A stretch of DNA of 64,000 nucleotides from Lingula anatina (taxonomy: Eukaryota; Animalia; Brachiopoda): positions 14,074,001 through 14,138,000 of the forward strand of contig CM120645.1 of NCBI GenBank assembly GCA_051362555.1, written 5' to 3'. The notes beneath the pieces are model-generated. The model saw only the letters and a program-made list of their open reading frames with translations, did no database searches and was not told the origin of the DNA. A program made the translations under genes and the position numbers. This document shows positions 41,701-54,746 of this stretch, piece after piece (the stretch's first letter is position 1; each line of letters begins with the position of its first letter).

Positions 41701-44700
41701 TCGGTTCACTCGACATTTCTGCGTAGCATCTCTCGGAAAACTCGGATTTAACCTCGATGTAGTCTAGAATTTCACGACTACATATTGGTTAAATCAGTCC
41801 AGGTTTCTAAAATGCTGAAAGCCGAAGACAAAGCTTTATATGTAACCTTCTTGGCATCAAGAGCATAGCGACTTTGCTTGCGTTATACACCTAGACAAAT
41901 TCAAAATCTCTCACGCTCTTAAAAATTTTAATGTTAAAACATAAACTTTTCACGTTCAACAATTATTGTTAATCATTTTATTACATATCATATGGGTATG
42001 GGTTGAAAACGGGAATCATTTTACATTTAAACCACAAGTGCATACAAAAAAAATATTTGTAAATCTATAACTTTGTAACGACGGTTGTGTTATTTACCTT
42101 TTGTTTTTAAGTTGTTCATTCTTCCTATTTATCAGAAATATCGGTAAAAATCAAATCTATTCCCCCTTTGAACTTGCAATTACATGTAGCACATAAATGC
42201 TCTGAAAACCAGCACATGTATATTCCGAAACCGCCTCGTACATGTAGTAAAAAATGTCACTAAAACGTAGAATCATTTCTCCTGGACTTGTGGACTTGTA
42301 ATAAACATCCGACTGACCTTGACTATATTCCGAAACTGCCTCGTTGTCAGAAATATCACAAAAACGTAAATTTCTTTCTACTTTGCACTTGTGAAAAATT
42401 AATTTGACAATATTCCAGTCCGACGCTCCTTGTTTATCAGAAATGTCGCTAAAAAGAAGTGGATTTGTCTTGGGACCTTTTTTTCTGCAGCTCCCCAGCT
42501 AGGTGTGGCTCAACTGAGACGCTCATGGTCAGTGTCGACGGTTGATTAAAAACTGTTCAAGCGAGTTGAACTTCCACAACAAGCATTTAGCGAAAATTGA
42601 CCAAACTGGTCAGACATTACGTGAGAATTTGGCGGGAGATGACCCGCGCACGTGGACGAGTTTATTCCATATAACATTTCTGATATAGGGTCACTTTATT
42701 CGGTTTTAAGGGTGTTTTAGGATGAAATGACTGTATTTTTTCTCGATATGTATGTCAAATAATACACTGTCACCCTTTCGCGATAAATGCCATAACACCT
42801 CGAGCGCCAGCGAGAGGTGTTCATGGCATATATCGCTCTGGTGACAGTGTATTATCTCACACATGTCTGCTTTTCTTAGTATTCAATAACTTCTTTTGAG
42901 CAATATATTTGTCAGAACCTTTCTGCACCTCGATATAATTACTGTTGTATATCGCATACAGTGTACAGCCAGTAGTTGTAACTAGTACTAAGTCATGTTT
43001 AATGGTTGCATTATTATTTTAAAATTTTATTATCTATTGTATTGTATCGTGTTTTTATTTTAAATGTATTGTTCTAAGTCAAGGCATAGGTGTATTTGAT
43101 TTATTTAATTATGCAGTTTTTCACTGTCTTTAATTTAACTAGAACACGCACAAAAACTAGAGTTCATTGCTAAGTGCAGGTGATCCCAACATACGGATAT
43201 AAAAAATATAAGACAATACTTCTGATGGGAGCTGGTCATTAAAAAACATCAGAAAGTGAGGTGTTTAAACACTCTTCAATACATTGGAGAGCTTCCTCAG
43301 CTGTGTTCAAATTAAACAAAGCAGCTGATGAAATTTCTCATTGGATTAAGACACTTCGGTCCTTAATTGTCCATGTTGTTTCCACATGTCTTGTCTCTTG
43401 TTCATCTGTATCTTTTTTTATGTTAATGTCATTATGTAATATACTAGTAACTATAGTGATATAGTCTATTCTATTCTCGCTTGAGCATATTGAGATATTG
43501 TCAACACCTTTGAGAAAACTAAGAGAGGAATTCGATGTCAGGGTGAACTACTGGCTGAAAAAAGCCGCGCCATAATATATAATTACCTTTGTATGTCGTA
43601 TACAGTGGGTGACTAGTAAATGTAACTAGTATTTACTCATGCTTTATTGGTGCGTAATTAAAATGAACAGTTTCTCACATTTTATATCTATTGTATTGCA
43701 TTGCATTGCATTGCATTGTAATGTATTGTAATTTGAGTGGAGTTTGATTAATGTCACGTACAATACTTTTAAAGAAATAATGGGTTCATTTACATGGCAT
43801 ATTATGAAAGCGTAACTTCCGGCGTAGTTGTTTTTAAATATGTAGTTTTCTATAATTACGCAGTTTTCCTCTTTCTTATATTTTACTAAACACGCACAAA
43901 AACAAGAATTCATTGCTGGGTGCAGTTGAATCCATCATATGGAAATAAAACTATTATAAGGCAATAACTCTGGTGGTAGCTGGTGATTGAAAAAAATGGA
44001 GTCACTTTAAGTCACTAGCAGCCGATGAAATTCTTCTAAAAACACTCCTGTTCTTCGATGTCCATGCTATTTCACACGTCTTGCCCTCCATTTCTTGTTT
44101 ATCTGTATTTTTGTGACAATGTCGTTAGGTAGTAAACTAATAACAATAGTGATATAGCCTTCACTTGAGCACATGTAATTATATACATGTAGTCGTACAA
44201 GTATGTTTTAACGTGCGATATTTGCAAATAGGCATTAGGAATAAGAAGGGTGTCTGATTGCAGTCAGATTGTGGATATATCAGAGGAAGATTTACTGAGA
44301 TTGATTGATTTGTAGAAGGTTTGCAATTGAATGCAGTTTACTATATCCTGTGGACATTTATTTTCTAAACTGTTTACTTATAATCGAGAAGTGTGACGAT
44401 CTTTCAGAAAAAGATACATACAATGCTGTTCCAGGTACATTAATTATGTCAAAAAGTTTATAATTATGAGTATTACAACGACACCGACAATTGGGAGAAA
44501 ACTTAGGACTTAGCATGTTGTACCTATACTCTGTTTTAATTCACACGAGCACTTATTAGTTTTACTTTGTCTTTGTACTGTAAAATCGTTGTTTTTAAGG
44601 CAGGTGTCTCTTGGTTCAGTTAAAGGAATAACAATCCTGTGTATGATATCCATATTTCACAATAAATACATTGTAAGCAGTTCATAGAAATATTACTAAT

Positions 44701-46584
44701 TCTATTTTACCACCAAAAAGGCGGTTATTTCAACAACTCGGGAAAGTGTGCTTGCCATAGGGCCACGTGACTTCCATTAGATTGCTTCCCTCTGAAATAA
44801 TCGCTAAAAGGGATTGTTAAAAAAAGGCAAACTTTTAAGAAAAAGAAACTGGGACAAACATTTAATGTCGGAGGTATTCATGTCAAGGGTTTGCCAAGAA
44901 GTTGCAAGAGCAGTGTGACCCAGGCTAAATATATACCGCTCAAAAGAAGTTTAGGGCCACCCGTTATTTAAGTTGCTTAAGATTGAACCATGTCCTACTG
45001 TTTATAAAGTAAGCAATTCTAAGACTACGTCATCATTCTGTATTGACCGACATTTCTACATGAACTGTGTTGCAACAAAAATTGTTAAAGATATCAATTA
45101 TGATTATTTTGGGGCTAGAATACATAAAAATTGGGTAAAATTATTTGGATTCTTAAATTCCTGGTGTTATACCCGGGTAAAAATTGGGTATCTGATAAAT
45201 AGATAGTATGCTTGCAATCACCCATGTGATTAGCTATCGTGAGAGTCGATTTAAACATTAATTACTCTATGGGGAGGCGCTTTTTATCCCTTCGCTTTTA
45301 TGCTCTTTTGCACAATAAGTCCAATAGTAAAGTCCAATAGTAAAGTCCAAACAAAATGCAAAGCGATTATTGACAATTACTGTTTATACGTTTAAATTTA
45401 TTGGACAGTGAACCTTCTTTTTAAATGTGTGCTTTTCAAATGTGTTCCCTAACTTCTTTTGAGCAGTATATTAGTCAAAACCTTTCTCTTGTCAGTAGGT
45501 CTTCGTTGTGCGCTATAATACAAAGCAGAACTGCCAGATATTGTCAACACCTTTATGACCACTTATCAAATCAAAGTCAGGGTGACCTACTGGCTCAGAA
45601 AAGCTTACGGAAGTATAAAACTTGTAATAGTATAGCATAGAACGCACACAAAAACAAGTATTCATTACTGGGTGCAATTGAATCCATCATACGGATATAA
45701 AAATATTATAAAACAATAACTCTGATGGTAGCTGGTTATTAAAAAGACATCAGAAAATGGAGTGTTTAAACACTTTTTTATTCATTGGAGAGCTTCCTGA
45801 GCTGTGTGAACGAAAACAAAGCAGCTGCTGAAATTCTTTATTCGATAAGAACACATCGGTTCTTAATTGCCCATGTTATTTCTTCGTCTTGTCCTCCATT
45901 TCTTGTTAATCTCTATCTTTTTCGGTGACAATGTGGTTATGTAATATATTAATAGCTATGGTGATATAGCTATTAGAGATATCGTATTCTCACTTGAGTA
46001 CCTGTAATTGTATACATGGTTGTCTGATTGCAGTCAGATTGTGGACAAACCAGTGCAAAACAAACTGAGATTGATCTGAAATCTGTAATGAAACGGTGAA
46101 TATGTCGAAGGTTGGCAACTGAATACATTTTACTATAACATGTGGACATTTAGTTTCTAAACATTTTATATATAATCAGGTAGTTTGACGATTTTTCAGG
46201 ACGAGATACATACACTGTTGTTCAGGCACATCAGTTATGTAATAAAGGCCTCCCTCCATGGTTTATAATTATAAGCATAATCATGACACCAGGGAGAATA
46301 CATTTTAATATCACCCAGTGGCACATGGTAGCTGTCTCAAGGCGAGGACACAGTTATAGCTCGTAATTTTGACTTTTTTTCCAAACGAGCAATTTCCGAC
46401 GCTGGACCTTAATGTTGTTTCGAATAAACGATCGCTGCATGCATAAGTGCCAAGTTCTTTTATAAGGAGTTTTAATATTTCAATATAACGAATTCTCCAA
46501 ACCACATCTATACATACCCAAACACATCTATAAATGGACCAGGAGTCAATTTTTTATCGATTTTTATCGAAAATCCCTACAAAG

Positions 46585-46586
<2 letters not shown>

Positions 46587-46630
<44 letters not shown>
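46587..46630. repeat. (GT)n microsatellite
   Basis: Directly visible. Confidence 0.95.
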
Positions 46631-46637
<7 letters not shown>

Positions 46638-48542
46638 CCTGCATGGGAAAGCGATATTGCCAATTATTATTTATACGTTCACAGTTTTTGGACAGTGAAC
46701 GTCCTTTATAAATGTCTGCATTTCCAATGTGTTCCTTAACTTCTTTTGAGCAGTATATTAGTCAAAACCTTTCTCTTGTCAGTAGGTCTTCATTGTGCAC
46801 TACAAAACAAAACAGAACTACCAGGTATTGTCAACACCTTCATGAAAACTAAGAGAGGAAATCAAAGTCAGGGTGACCTACTGGCTCAGAAAAGCTTACG
46901 CAAGTATAAAAATTGTAATAGCACAGACTAGAACGCGCACGCAAACAAGTATCCATTACTGAGTGCAATTGAATCCAGCATACGAATATAAAATATTATG
47001 AAACAATAACTCTGATGGTAGCTCGTAATTAAAAAGACATCAGAAAATGGAGTGTTTAAACACCTTTTTTTCATTGGAGAGCTTCCTGAGCCGTTTTAAA
47101 GAAAACAAAGCAGCTGCTGAAATTTTTATTTGATAAAAACGTTCGGTTCCTAATTGCCCATGCTATTTCCACATGTCTTGTGCTCCATTTCTTGTTAATC
47201 TCTATCTTTTTCGGTGACAATGTCGTTATGTAATATACTAATAGCTATGGTGATATAGCTATTAAAGATATCGTATTCTCACTTGAGCACCTGTAATTGC
47301 ATACATGGGTGTCTGTTTGCAGTCAGATTGTGGACAAACCAGTGGAAAAACAAACTGAGGTTGATCTGAAATCTGTAATGAAACGGTGGATATGTCGAAG
47401 GTTGGCAATTGAATACATTTTACTATAACATGTGGACATTTAGTTTCTAAACATTTTATATATAATCAGGTAGTTTGACGATTTTTCAGGACGAGATACA
47501 TACACTGTTGTTCATGCACATCAGTTATGTAATAAAGGCCTCCCTCCATGGTTTATAATTATAAGCATTATCGTGACACCGGGGAGAAAATTAGGACGTA
47601 TACTCAGAAAAATAGAAATACTGTGTGTAAAGACAGTAACTGTGTCTATAAACATACATTAATATTCTGATCACTGTGCCAGAAGGGTGTTAAACGTTCC
47701 ATTTTTTTAATTATTCGGCTGAATAAATTCTTATTTTATCTCTTAGCCTCATTTTTGTGATAGTTAGTTCAAGAATTCTTTCCTTTTTCCCCGGAAATCC
47801 AAATTGATTCATCGGGAAAACACAAGTGGGAGTCAAGCCTTTCATAAGTTGCAAACTAACCCTAACAATTTGCAGGTTTACAATTTACCTGTTATCAAAC
47901 GTGTTTATTTTTGAAGTATACATTTGTTTTAATTTTAATATCACCCAGTGGCACATGGTAGCTGCCGCAAAGCCAGGACAGAGTTATAGCTCGTAATTTC
48001 TTTCTCCTGACATTTTTCCAAACGAGCAATTTCTGACGCAGGACCTTGATCCTCTTTCAAATAAACGATCGCTGCGGAACTGCAAGTTCTTTTAAAGTCT
48101 TTATAATTATAAGGAGTTTTAATATTTCAATATAACCAATTCTCCAAACCGCATCTACATACACAAACACATGTATAAATGGACCAGGAGTTAATTTTTT
48201 TCGAAAAAAAACCTACAAAGTCGTGTGTATGTGTGTGCGTGTGCGTGCGTGCGCGCATGCATGCTAGAATATAAAAATTAATTTAATAATAATTCCACTG
48301 TTTAAATCATGGTAATACTTAGCTAGAAAGAAATTGGGGCCACTTTCAATGTTAAACATTCGTAAACCATTAAAATAAAACCACTCGTTTTTGAAGTGAA
48401 TATTGAAGAGCACATCCCAAGCGTTGTGTTCAGTGACATAATAGCGCAACTACCACAATAATGACCAGCACTTTCCAAGTATTGTGCTCAGGATCACGTC
48501 GCAACTAACACAATGTGGATCAGAACATTCCAACTGATGTTC

Positions 48543-51500
48543 TCAGTACCATGCCGCAACGCACACGATGACCTTAACCGCGAGACTTATGGCAAATGTT
48601 TCAACGCGAATGCTGGCACTGGTCTGTATGGCCGCAATACTGGGCGAGTATCGGTCACTGTAGAAATCCTGGTGCCTTGTGACGTAGCTTGAGTTGATTT
48701 CAGACAGCCGTGTGCAACCTGGGTGAAAATTAAGAAATGAAGATTAATAAGTTGTTTCCATGATTACTTCATGCACATGAAGGCCCACCTGTAAAAATCG
48801 GTATACTGCAATTTGAAAGTAAAAACACAATCAACTGTTTTACAACAAGATTAAAAACCAGCAATGGACATACTTCCTCACTAATTCACTGTAGTCAAGA
48901 GTATGAAAAAAATTAAATAACGAATCAAATCAAGATTTAGTAACTTTCCAGGCGTTCGCAATCTACCGCGAACAACATGAATTCTTGATGATTTGACACA
49001 TTTTTGCGTTAATTAAAGATACATCAGTGTTATGCATTTGACATAAGAACCTGTTAATGCCATGACAGACGTAAATTCGTTCGAGAGTAGACGCAGCACT
49101 TCCGTCACCCCTTGCTCTCCATTGTAGGTCAACCCGTACAAAACTGGTCGACCAACAAATACAGCACGTGCACCTAAATGATGAAAAATACCATACAAAT
49201 TATCGAATAGGACACATCATAATTCTACTTACTTTTTTGCAATACATCCTCGTGAAACAAGTTCAGATTTACCAATAAATTAGAGGCTTATACAAAGAGG
49301 AAGAGGCACCCATGACACCCATGTTATAGTTGTATTTCAAACTATTAAGATATGAATATAGACTTCCTTAAACCAACATGTATTACCTGTTGGATATGAA
49401 CCCGTGAGATAATAATGATTCCAGATTTATCAACTAATTACAACACTATTATAAACCCATATGCATTCACCAAATTAATGGAAATTGGGAAATTGCAATG
49501 CATGTTCTTACTCCAATGTGTCAGAAGCTAGAACTTCATTATGAACATCGTTCTTATGAAATAAATAACATCTGAACAGCTTATCTTTGCACATTCCCAC
49601 AAAATACATTTTTGTTTGTTTGCTTTAGAGATGAGGGGGCTATAAAGAAAAAAGGAAGTCAGATTTTAATAGGTCTACCTACATGTATTAGTTATTGTCC
49701 TTACTGTTAACTTTTGCTTGGAAATTGAATTTTTCTCGCAGCTTAGTGTGATTTTACGTCGATATTTTTTAAAGAGCACAACCGATAAAATGAACTCTGA
49801 AAATGGAATTGGGCGTTGTTTCCTGCCTACCTATAGCACGAAATCCATGCACTAGCACTCCTATTGACGACTCTGATATAAACTGGCAGAGTTACCAGTG
49901 TAGATGTCAAATTCGTCAATGGGAGTATTAACTCATGAATTTCGTGCTAGCCTACCTAGAGCCAAGGCGGTGAAAACGTCCCGGCCAGTTCTAACACCAC
50001 TGTCTAGATACACTTCACAGCGCCCTCTCACGGCTTGAATCACCTCAGGCAGAACCTCCAAAGTCGCTGGAACACCATCCAGCACCCTTAAAATGGAATA
50101 TCAATATAATATTTCAACATATCTTATTAGATTTAGAACTAATACCAAGCTCTGCTCTTATCCAACGACAGACAGAAAGACAGACAGTAGATCACAGTAC
50201 AGAAAGGCAGTGGCACACGCGTCAGCAGACATGTTCTCACACAAACAACACCTGCACAACTCTCACCTTCCACCGTGATTAGACACTATAATAGCGCTGG
50301 CCCCTCTTTCCACGGCATTTGATGCATCTCCACCATTCAGCACCCCTTTTATTACAATCGGCAACTTTGTAATACTTTTCAACCACGTGATGTCGTCCCA
50401 CGTGGCGGCGCCTCTGCTCTTGAATGTGTTAGTGGGCGCATTGGGCAACGACCAATGGCCCATATTCAAAAGTCCACGCATTGCGGCCCACGTGACGACC
50501 TTGTACGGACGGTCTACAGTTACCACAATGGCATTTGCACCTATTCACGATATATTATGAAATGCAATAAAAACATATATGTTACCTTTTTACTCAAATG
50601 TCCTGTTAAACAAATAATAATAATAATAATGCCTTATGTCAGTTGTCTTTATAACTCTGTCCTTGAGATCGCATTCAGTCTCAGAATCGTCAACATGGTT
50701 ATAAATATGGACGTGTTAACTTGAAGTGGAAGAAATCAGTTTCAACTTCGATGATCGTCATTATTCGTTGTTTTCCGGGTATTACGTAAGACAGTCACTC
50801 GACACAGCCGGATTAATTTTGATTAGTTTTAATAGATGGAAGCGAACTTGTGAAAGAGATTACCCCCCCCCCCCCCCCTCAACTATATGAGTAACGCTCA
50901 ATGTAAATTGGGTCATAAGAAAGAGAAAAGGATCCACGGGTATACATATGTAATTCTTTATAATGCTGAACTACTCTTTGTATTGGTGTAACAGACACGA
51001 CTTAGGTCGCGTTCACAAACAAATATGGCGCGCACTTTTTCGATGGATTCCTGCATCCCACGCGCACCATTCCAGCATTTAATATTCGGCTCGCTTTCAA
51101 GTGGGTCTGGCTACAGTTGTTCCGTTGACCAGTTAGTCCGTGGATCAACTGGTTGCGAACGTGGCCTTATAAATAAACTGATGCATTTCAAATATATTTC
51201 GGTAGACTTACCAGCATTCTCGGCACGTTTCACCCACTGTGAAGTAAGGTTCAATGGTCTTAAGATGTAGATTTGTTGCCAAAGTTCAGCGTTAGTCTCA
51301 TTGACGACCGTTTCTATAGTGGTTGATGAAGCACCGCCTAGTATCATTTGGAGGTTCATATTTTTCGCAGCAAAGGCTGTGGCAATCTCACCCATAGGAT
51401 GAAATAACTTCTGAAAGGACGTCGGACAAATCCCTTTTGAAGAAAAAAAGGGTCGTAAATATTAATAAGAACGTAAAATGAGAGTAAAAATATTTCTTAA

Positions 51501-53341
51501 CACTTTATAAAAAGTATAGGGGAGAATTGTATCAAATGAACAATAATAATTACGTACAGTAGATCTACAATAAGAATTTCAAATTTGCTAAGTTTAGGCA
51601 AAAGGACAAGATATTTTTTGAGGAAAGCGAGGATAATTTTACAATATTGTACAGGGCATAGTAGTTGTAAACTCCGTGTTTTTGTCTAGGTTCGATTGTG
51701 CTGTTCTCTTTCTGGAGAGAAAAGGGGACCCCCCCCCACACACACACACACACGCACGCACACACACACTCACACACACACACACACACCTTACCGGATT
51801 TGCAATTGCCGGTCGGTGAATTACTGATACTAATATAACTGTTATAGAATATTTCAGACCCATCTTTTTTCATGAATCCTGTACACAAAATTTAAAAGGA
51901 AAGACGATAACATCCTCATCTCGGTTAAAAAATACCGTACCGATAGGAGATGCCACTGGACGCCCCAGAAGCGTCGTAGAAGTATCAATGGTGCTGACAT
52001 CTCTCGCCATATAGCGGGGCCTTAATCTGTAGCGTTTGAAAGCCTCCATATTTTCCCTGTATGTGGTCAATTCTGTGCCGCCGCTCTGCATATATTCTCG
52101 GGTTTCGTTGGATAGATTACTCTCTGCGTACTTTCTGAAATCATCGACGTTGACAAGGGGGGTGGCTTGCGATATTCCACCACGAACCTGAATAACAAAT
52201 AGGCCTATGGTGCATTCAGACACTTGGCAATCTGTAACGAAAGATACACTCCATGGGTTTGAATATCCCCCAATGCTTATTTTTGCCATCCACTGCTTCT
52301 TATAAATCTTACATACACGTTTACAACGACTGGATTCCTTAAATATTTTTGTGAAGCGTACCTGATGCTGATATTTAAGTGACGGGCCAGTCATTTTATA
52401 CGAAATCAACTTTTATAGATTTAATTAAAGGTTGAATCCAAATGCAGGGAGGGATAGGTAAATGATTCATGAGTACGAAAAAGTTGCTTATTCCCTCGAG
52501 AAAATCCATTTTGGCAGGCAAATCCATGCAGTGGCCCTTTAAGTCTCTCTTAGTCTCTCTAATGTCTATCAATAATCTAAAAGCCTTCTCACCGCATTCA
52601 AAAGTCTTCTCTTCGCATCCGTTTAATTTGTCTAATTTATTTTTCAAAGTTTGTACGATTTTTAATAATTTTATTTTTAGGAATTTTTAATTGTGTAGTG
52701 AATATACTTGTAATATGAGGTGCATTGAAAAGAAAAACAATGTATAGTAATTATTATTATTATTGTGCTGCATCTAGTCAAAATTAAGTCCCAGGTTATC
52801 TATTTTTCGCATGAAAAAACCCAGTGCCGGATTTAGAGGGGGTTCAGTGGGGTCCCGACTCCCCCTTCGGTTTCTGAAAAATATATCACACCAATATTCC
52901 CCTCTTGAAATTAGAATGTTGGCTAGCTGAATCATAGTTCTAAACCGTACTAATGGGCACCGTTTACCCTCCAAACTTCACGCCACGGGGCCTATGGTCG
53001 GCTTTGCATCCGAGACCTGTTGTTCCGCCCCCCCCCCCCCTTCAAATATTCCTGGATCCTCCCTTGAAACCTACATATTTAATACTGTTTACTAGCCTAC
53101 ACCAAGTCTTCGTTTCCTGTGTCTGTGACTAATAATTGTGTATTTAACAAAAAATGTAAACAGAGGCTGTTTGTTCGGACAGTCACTTTCCCAATCCGGA
53201 GCGTACACTATACATAAAGCAAAATACAGCTATAGTATAAAAAACATGAAGAGAATATCAGGAATGTGGATAACTGTTGCTTCTTACCTTACTGCTGAAC
53301 TCCAAAGTAATCAGCAAAAACATCAAAAGAAAACTCGACAT
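48543..53341 (-). CDS. HAO1: FMN-dependent alpha-hydroxy-acid oxidase (HAO/glycolate oxidase family), copy 1, 408 aa, with predicted signal peptide and GPI-like tail. Exons 53341-53288, 52187-51941, 51433-51212, 50540-50267, 50086-49956, 49173-49051, 48718-48543
   Basis: All introns are GT-AG and the phases join into a 1227-nt ORF. Motifs [61 protein letters not shown]. The symbol marks family-level similarity, not proven orthology. Exon 1 is the least certain exon. Confidence 0.92.
49834..49949. mobile_element. 116-bp hairpin MITE with 9-bp TSD (Mutator-like) at the exon 5 donor of oxidase copy 1
   Basis: Inverted arms tagcacgaaat.../...atttcgtgcta; gcctaccta on both sides; empty site in copy 2 at ~62368. 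Confidence 0.85.
51005..51166. mobile_element. Harbinger-type MITE in intron 3 of oxidase copy 1
   Basis: TIR ggtcgcgttcaca / tgcgaacgtggcc with TTA TSD. Confidence 0.7.
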
Positions 53342-54746
53342 CGTTGCAGCTCTGTTACTGTGGTGGTAATTTTGTCACTGTGTGGTGTATTAGCGACAAA
53401 CACCAATGGAGTACGTTAATGCATATCTCTCTCTTCACAGAGTAACATCGGTATTCATCAAGAATTCTATTCCTGACTGGCCATCGGCTTGAAGGATTAA
53501 TTTCCTTGACCCGTGACCACGCGTCGCGAACCCTCTACTCTTGACCTTACTTTAAATATTTGACTGGGTTCCCATACCTAGATCAATCTTACAGGATCGA
53601 TCCAACTCCGAGGGTTTTTTCGCTAAATTGCCTTTAGCTTAAGCAGCTTAGATGGCTGGAACGCCTACTGAACGATAATTAATTACCCCCTAGCAGCTTC
53701 AGTAGTGGTGTCTTCGTTTGAAGTGCCAATTAAGTGTTGCTGGAGATTCCTATGACTCTTCTGAACATCAGATTGAAAAGTCATACCTTATTATTATTGA
53801 AACGTCTTAACTGACATGAGGCATGTGCGCCAAGTGGAAGTACATAGTTTCTCACTCTTGGGAGGTAATAAAGTGCATACACATATTATACTGATTTTAT
53901 TTATGCGTGTTATTTTTAAAAGAATTTAATGTCAATACTTACAAAAAAAAAAAAAAAAAAAAAAAAAAACAGTAAAGATTTTATTAATCAACTTGTATTC
54001 CTTTCTGAGGGAGAATTTAACATGATTGATTTCTCAGGTGTGTGGGTGATATAGCTTAGGTTTTAAGTATCAGGTTATCACCTGATCTTTCATACAAACC
54101 AGGGTATTGCTGTGGTGGATCCTGCAATGGACATCATATGTTCAGTGATACATAATAGTAAAGATGGATTGGTTTACAGTACGGGCCAAAGAAAGCTAGA
54201 AAGAGGCAACTCCAAGAGGTACAGAAGGTAAGCTGCTACAGTGCCGCCGGAATCTCCCCTTACTTACCCTCCGGGTTGCTGCGGGTTGTGCGGACGACCT
54301 GGCTCGGTAACTATGGAAATAACATTGTCATCCATTCGCTGTTTGGTTTCTGTTAACAATAGTTCCATACCCTGCCCGTCGGGCAATTATCGTGACAAAA
54401 TTTCTGCCAACAAAAGAGCCTAACCCTAGCTCGCTGAGATAAAGATCGAAGGTGAGCGTGGTCGCAATTAAGTGTTCGTCCAAGCGTTAATTGACCTTTA
54501 ATGCGCGGTGGCTTCACTCTACTTTGATCACTCTACTCTGATACGGAGATTTTAAGTATAAGAACTTGCCAACAGTGATTTTTAAAAGTCGCTTTACCAA
54601 AAGGATTCGGTGATGACAGCAATTTTCGTGTACATTGTAGCTATGGATTGATTGAATTTACATAGAGTTTAATAAATGAATTTATGAATTAATTAAAGAT
54701 CAAATAAAACACTACTCGTACTTGTACATGTAATATTTATTATGCT

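Larger units (their letters stand above)
34708..48263. repeat. Array of nested tandem segmental duplications (about 6 copies of a ~1 kb module plus co-duplicated flanks)
   Basis: cagggtgacctactgg at ~35423, 37518, 43539, 45578 and 46869; cattggagagcttcc at ~36558, 37762, 43282, 45783 and 47072; 46311-46645 is duplicated at 47941-48263. Confidence 0.9.

Noticed and set aside
52188-52409. N-terminal part of ORF 51870-52409 as an oxidase extension
   Set aside because: It lies upstream of a good acceptor (ttgttattcag) and has no family similarity; treated as intron read-through.
53740-53810. Possible Penelope end or hammerhead ribozyme (hairpin plus gaaacgtc)
   Set aside because: No correctly placed CTGANGA core with three stems was found.
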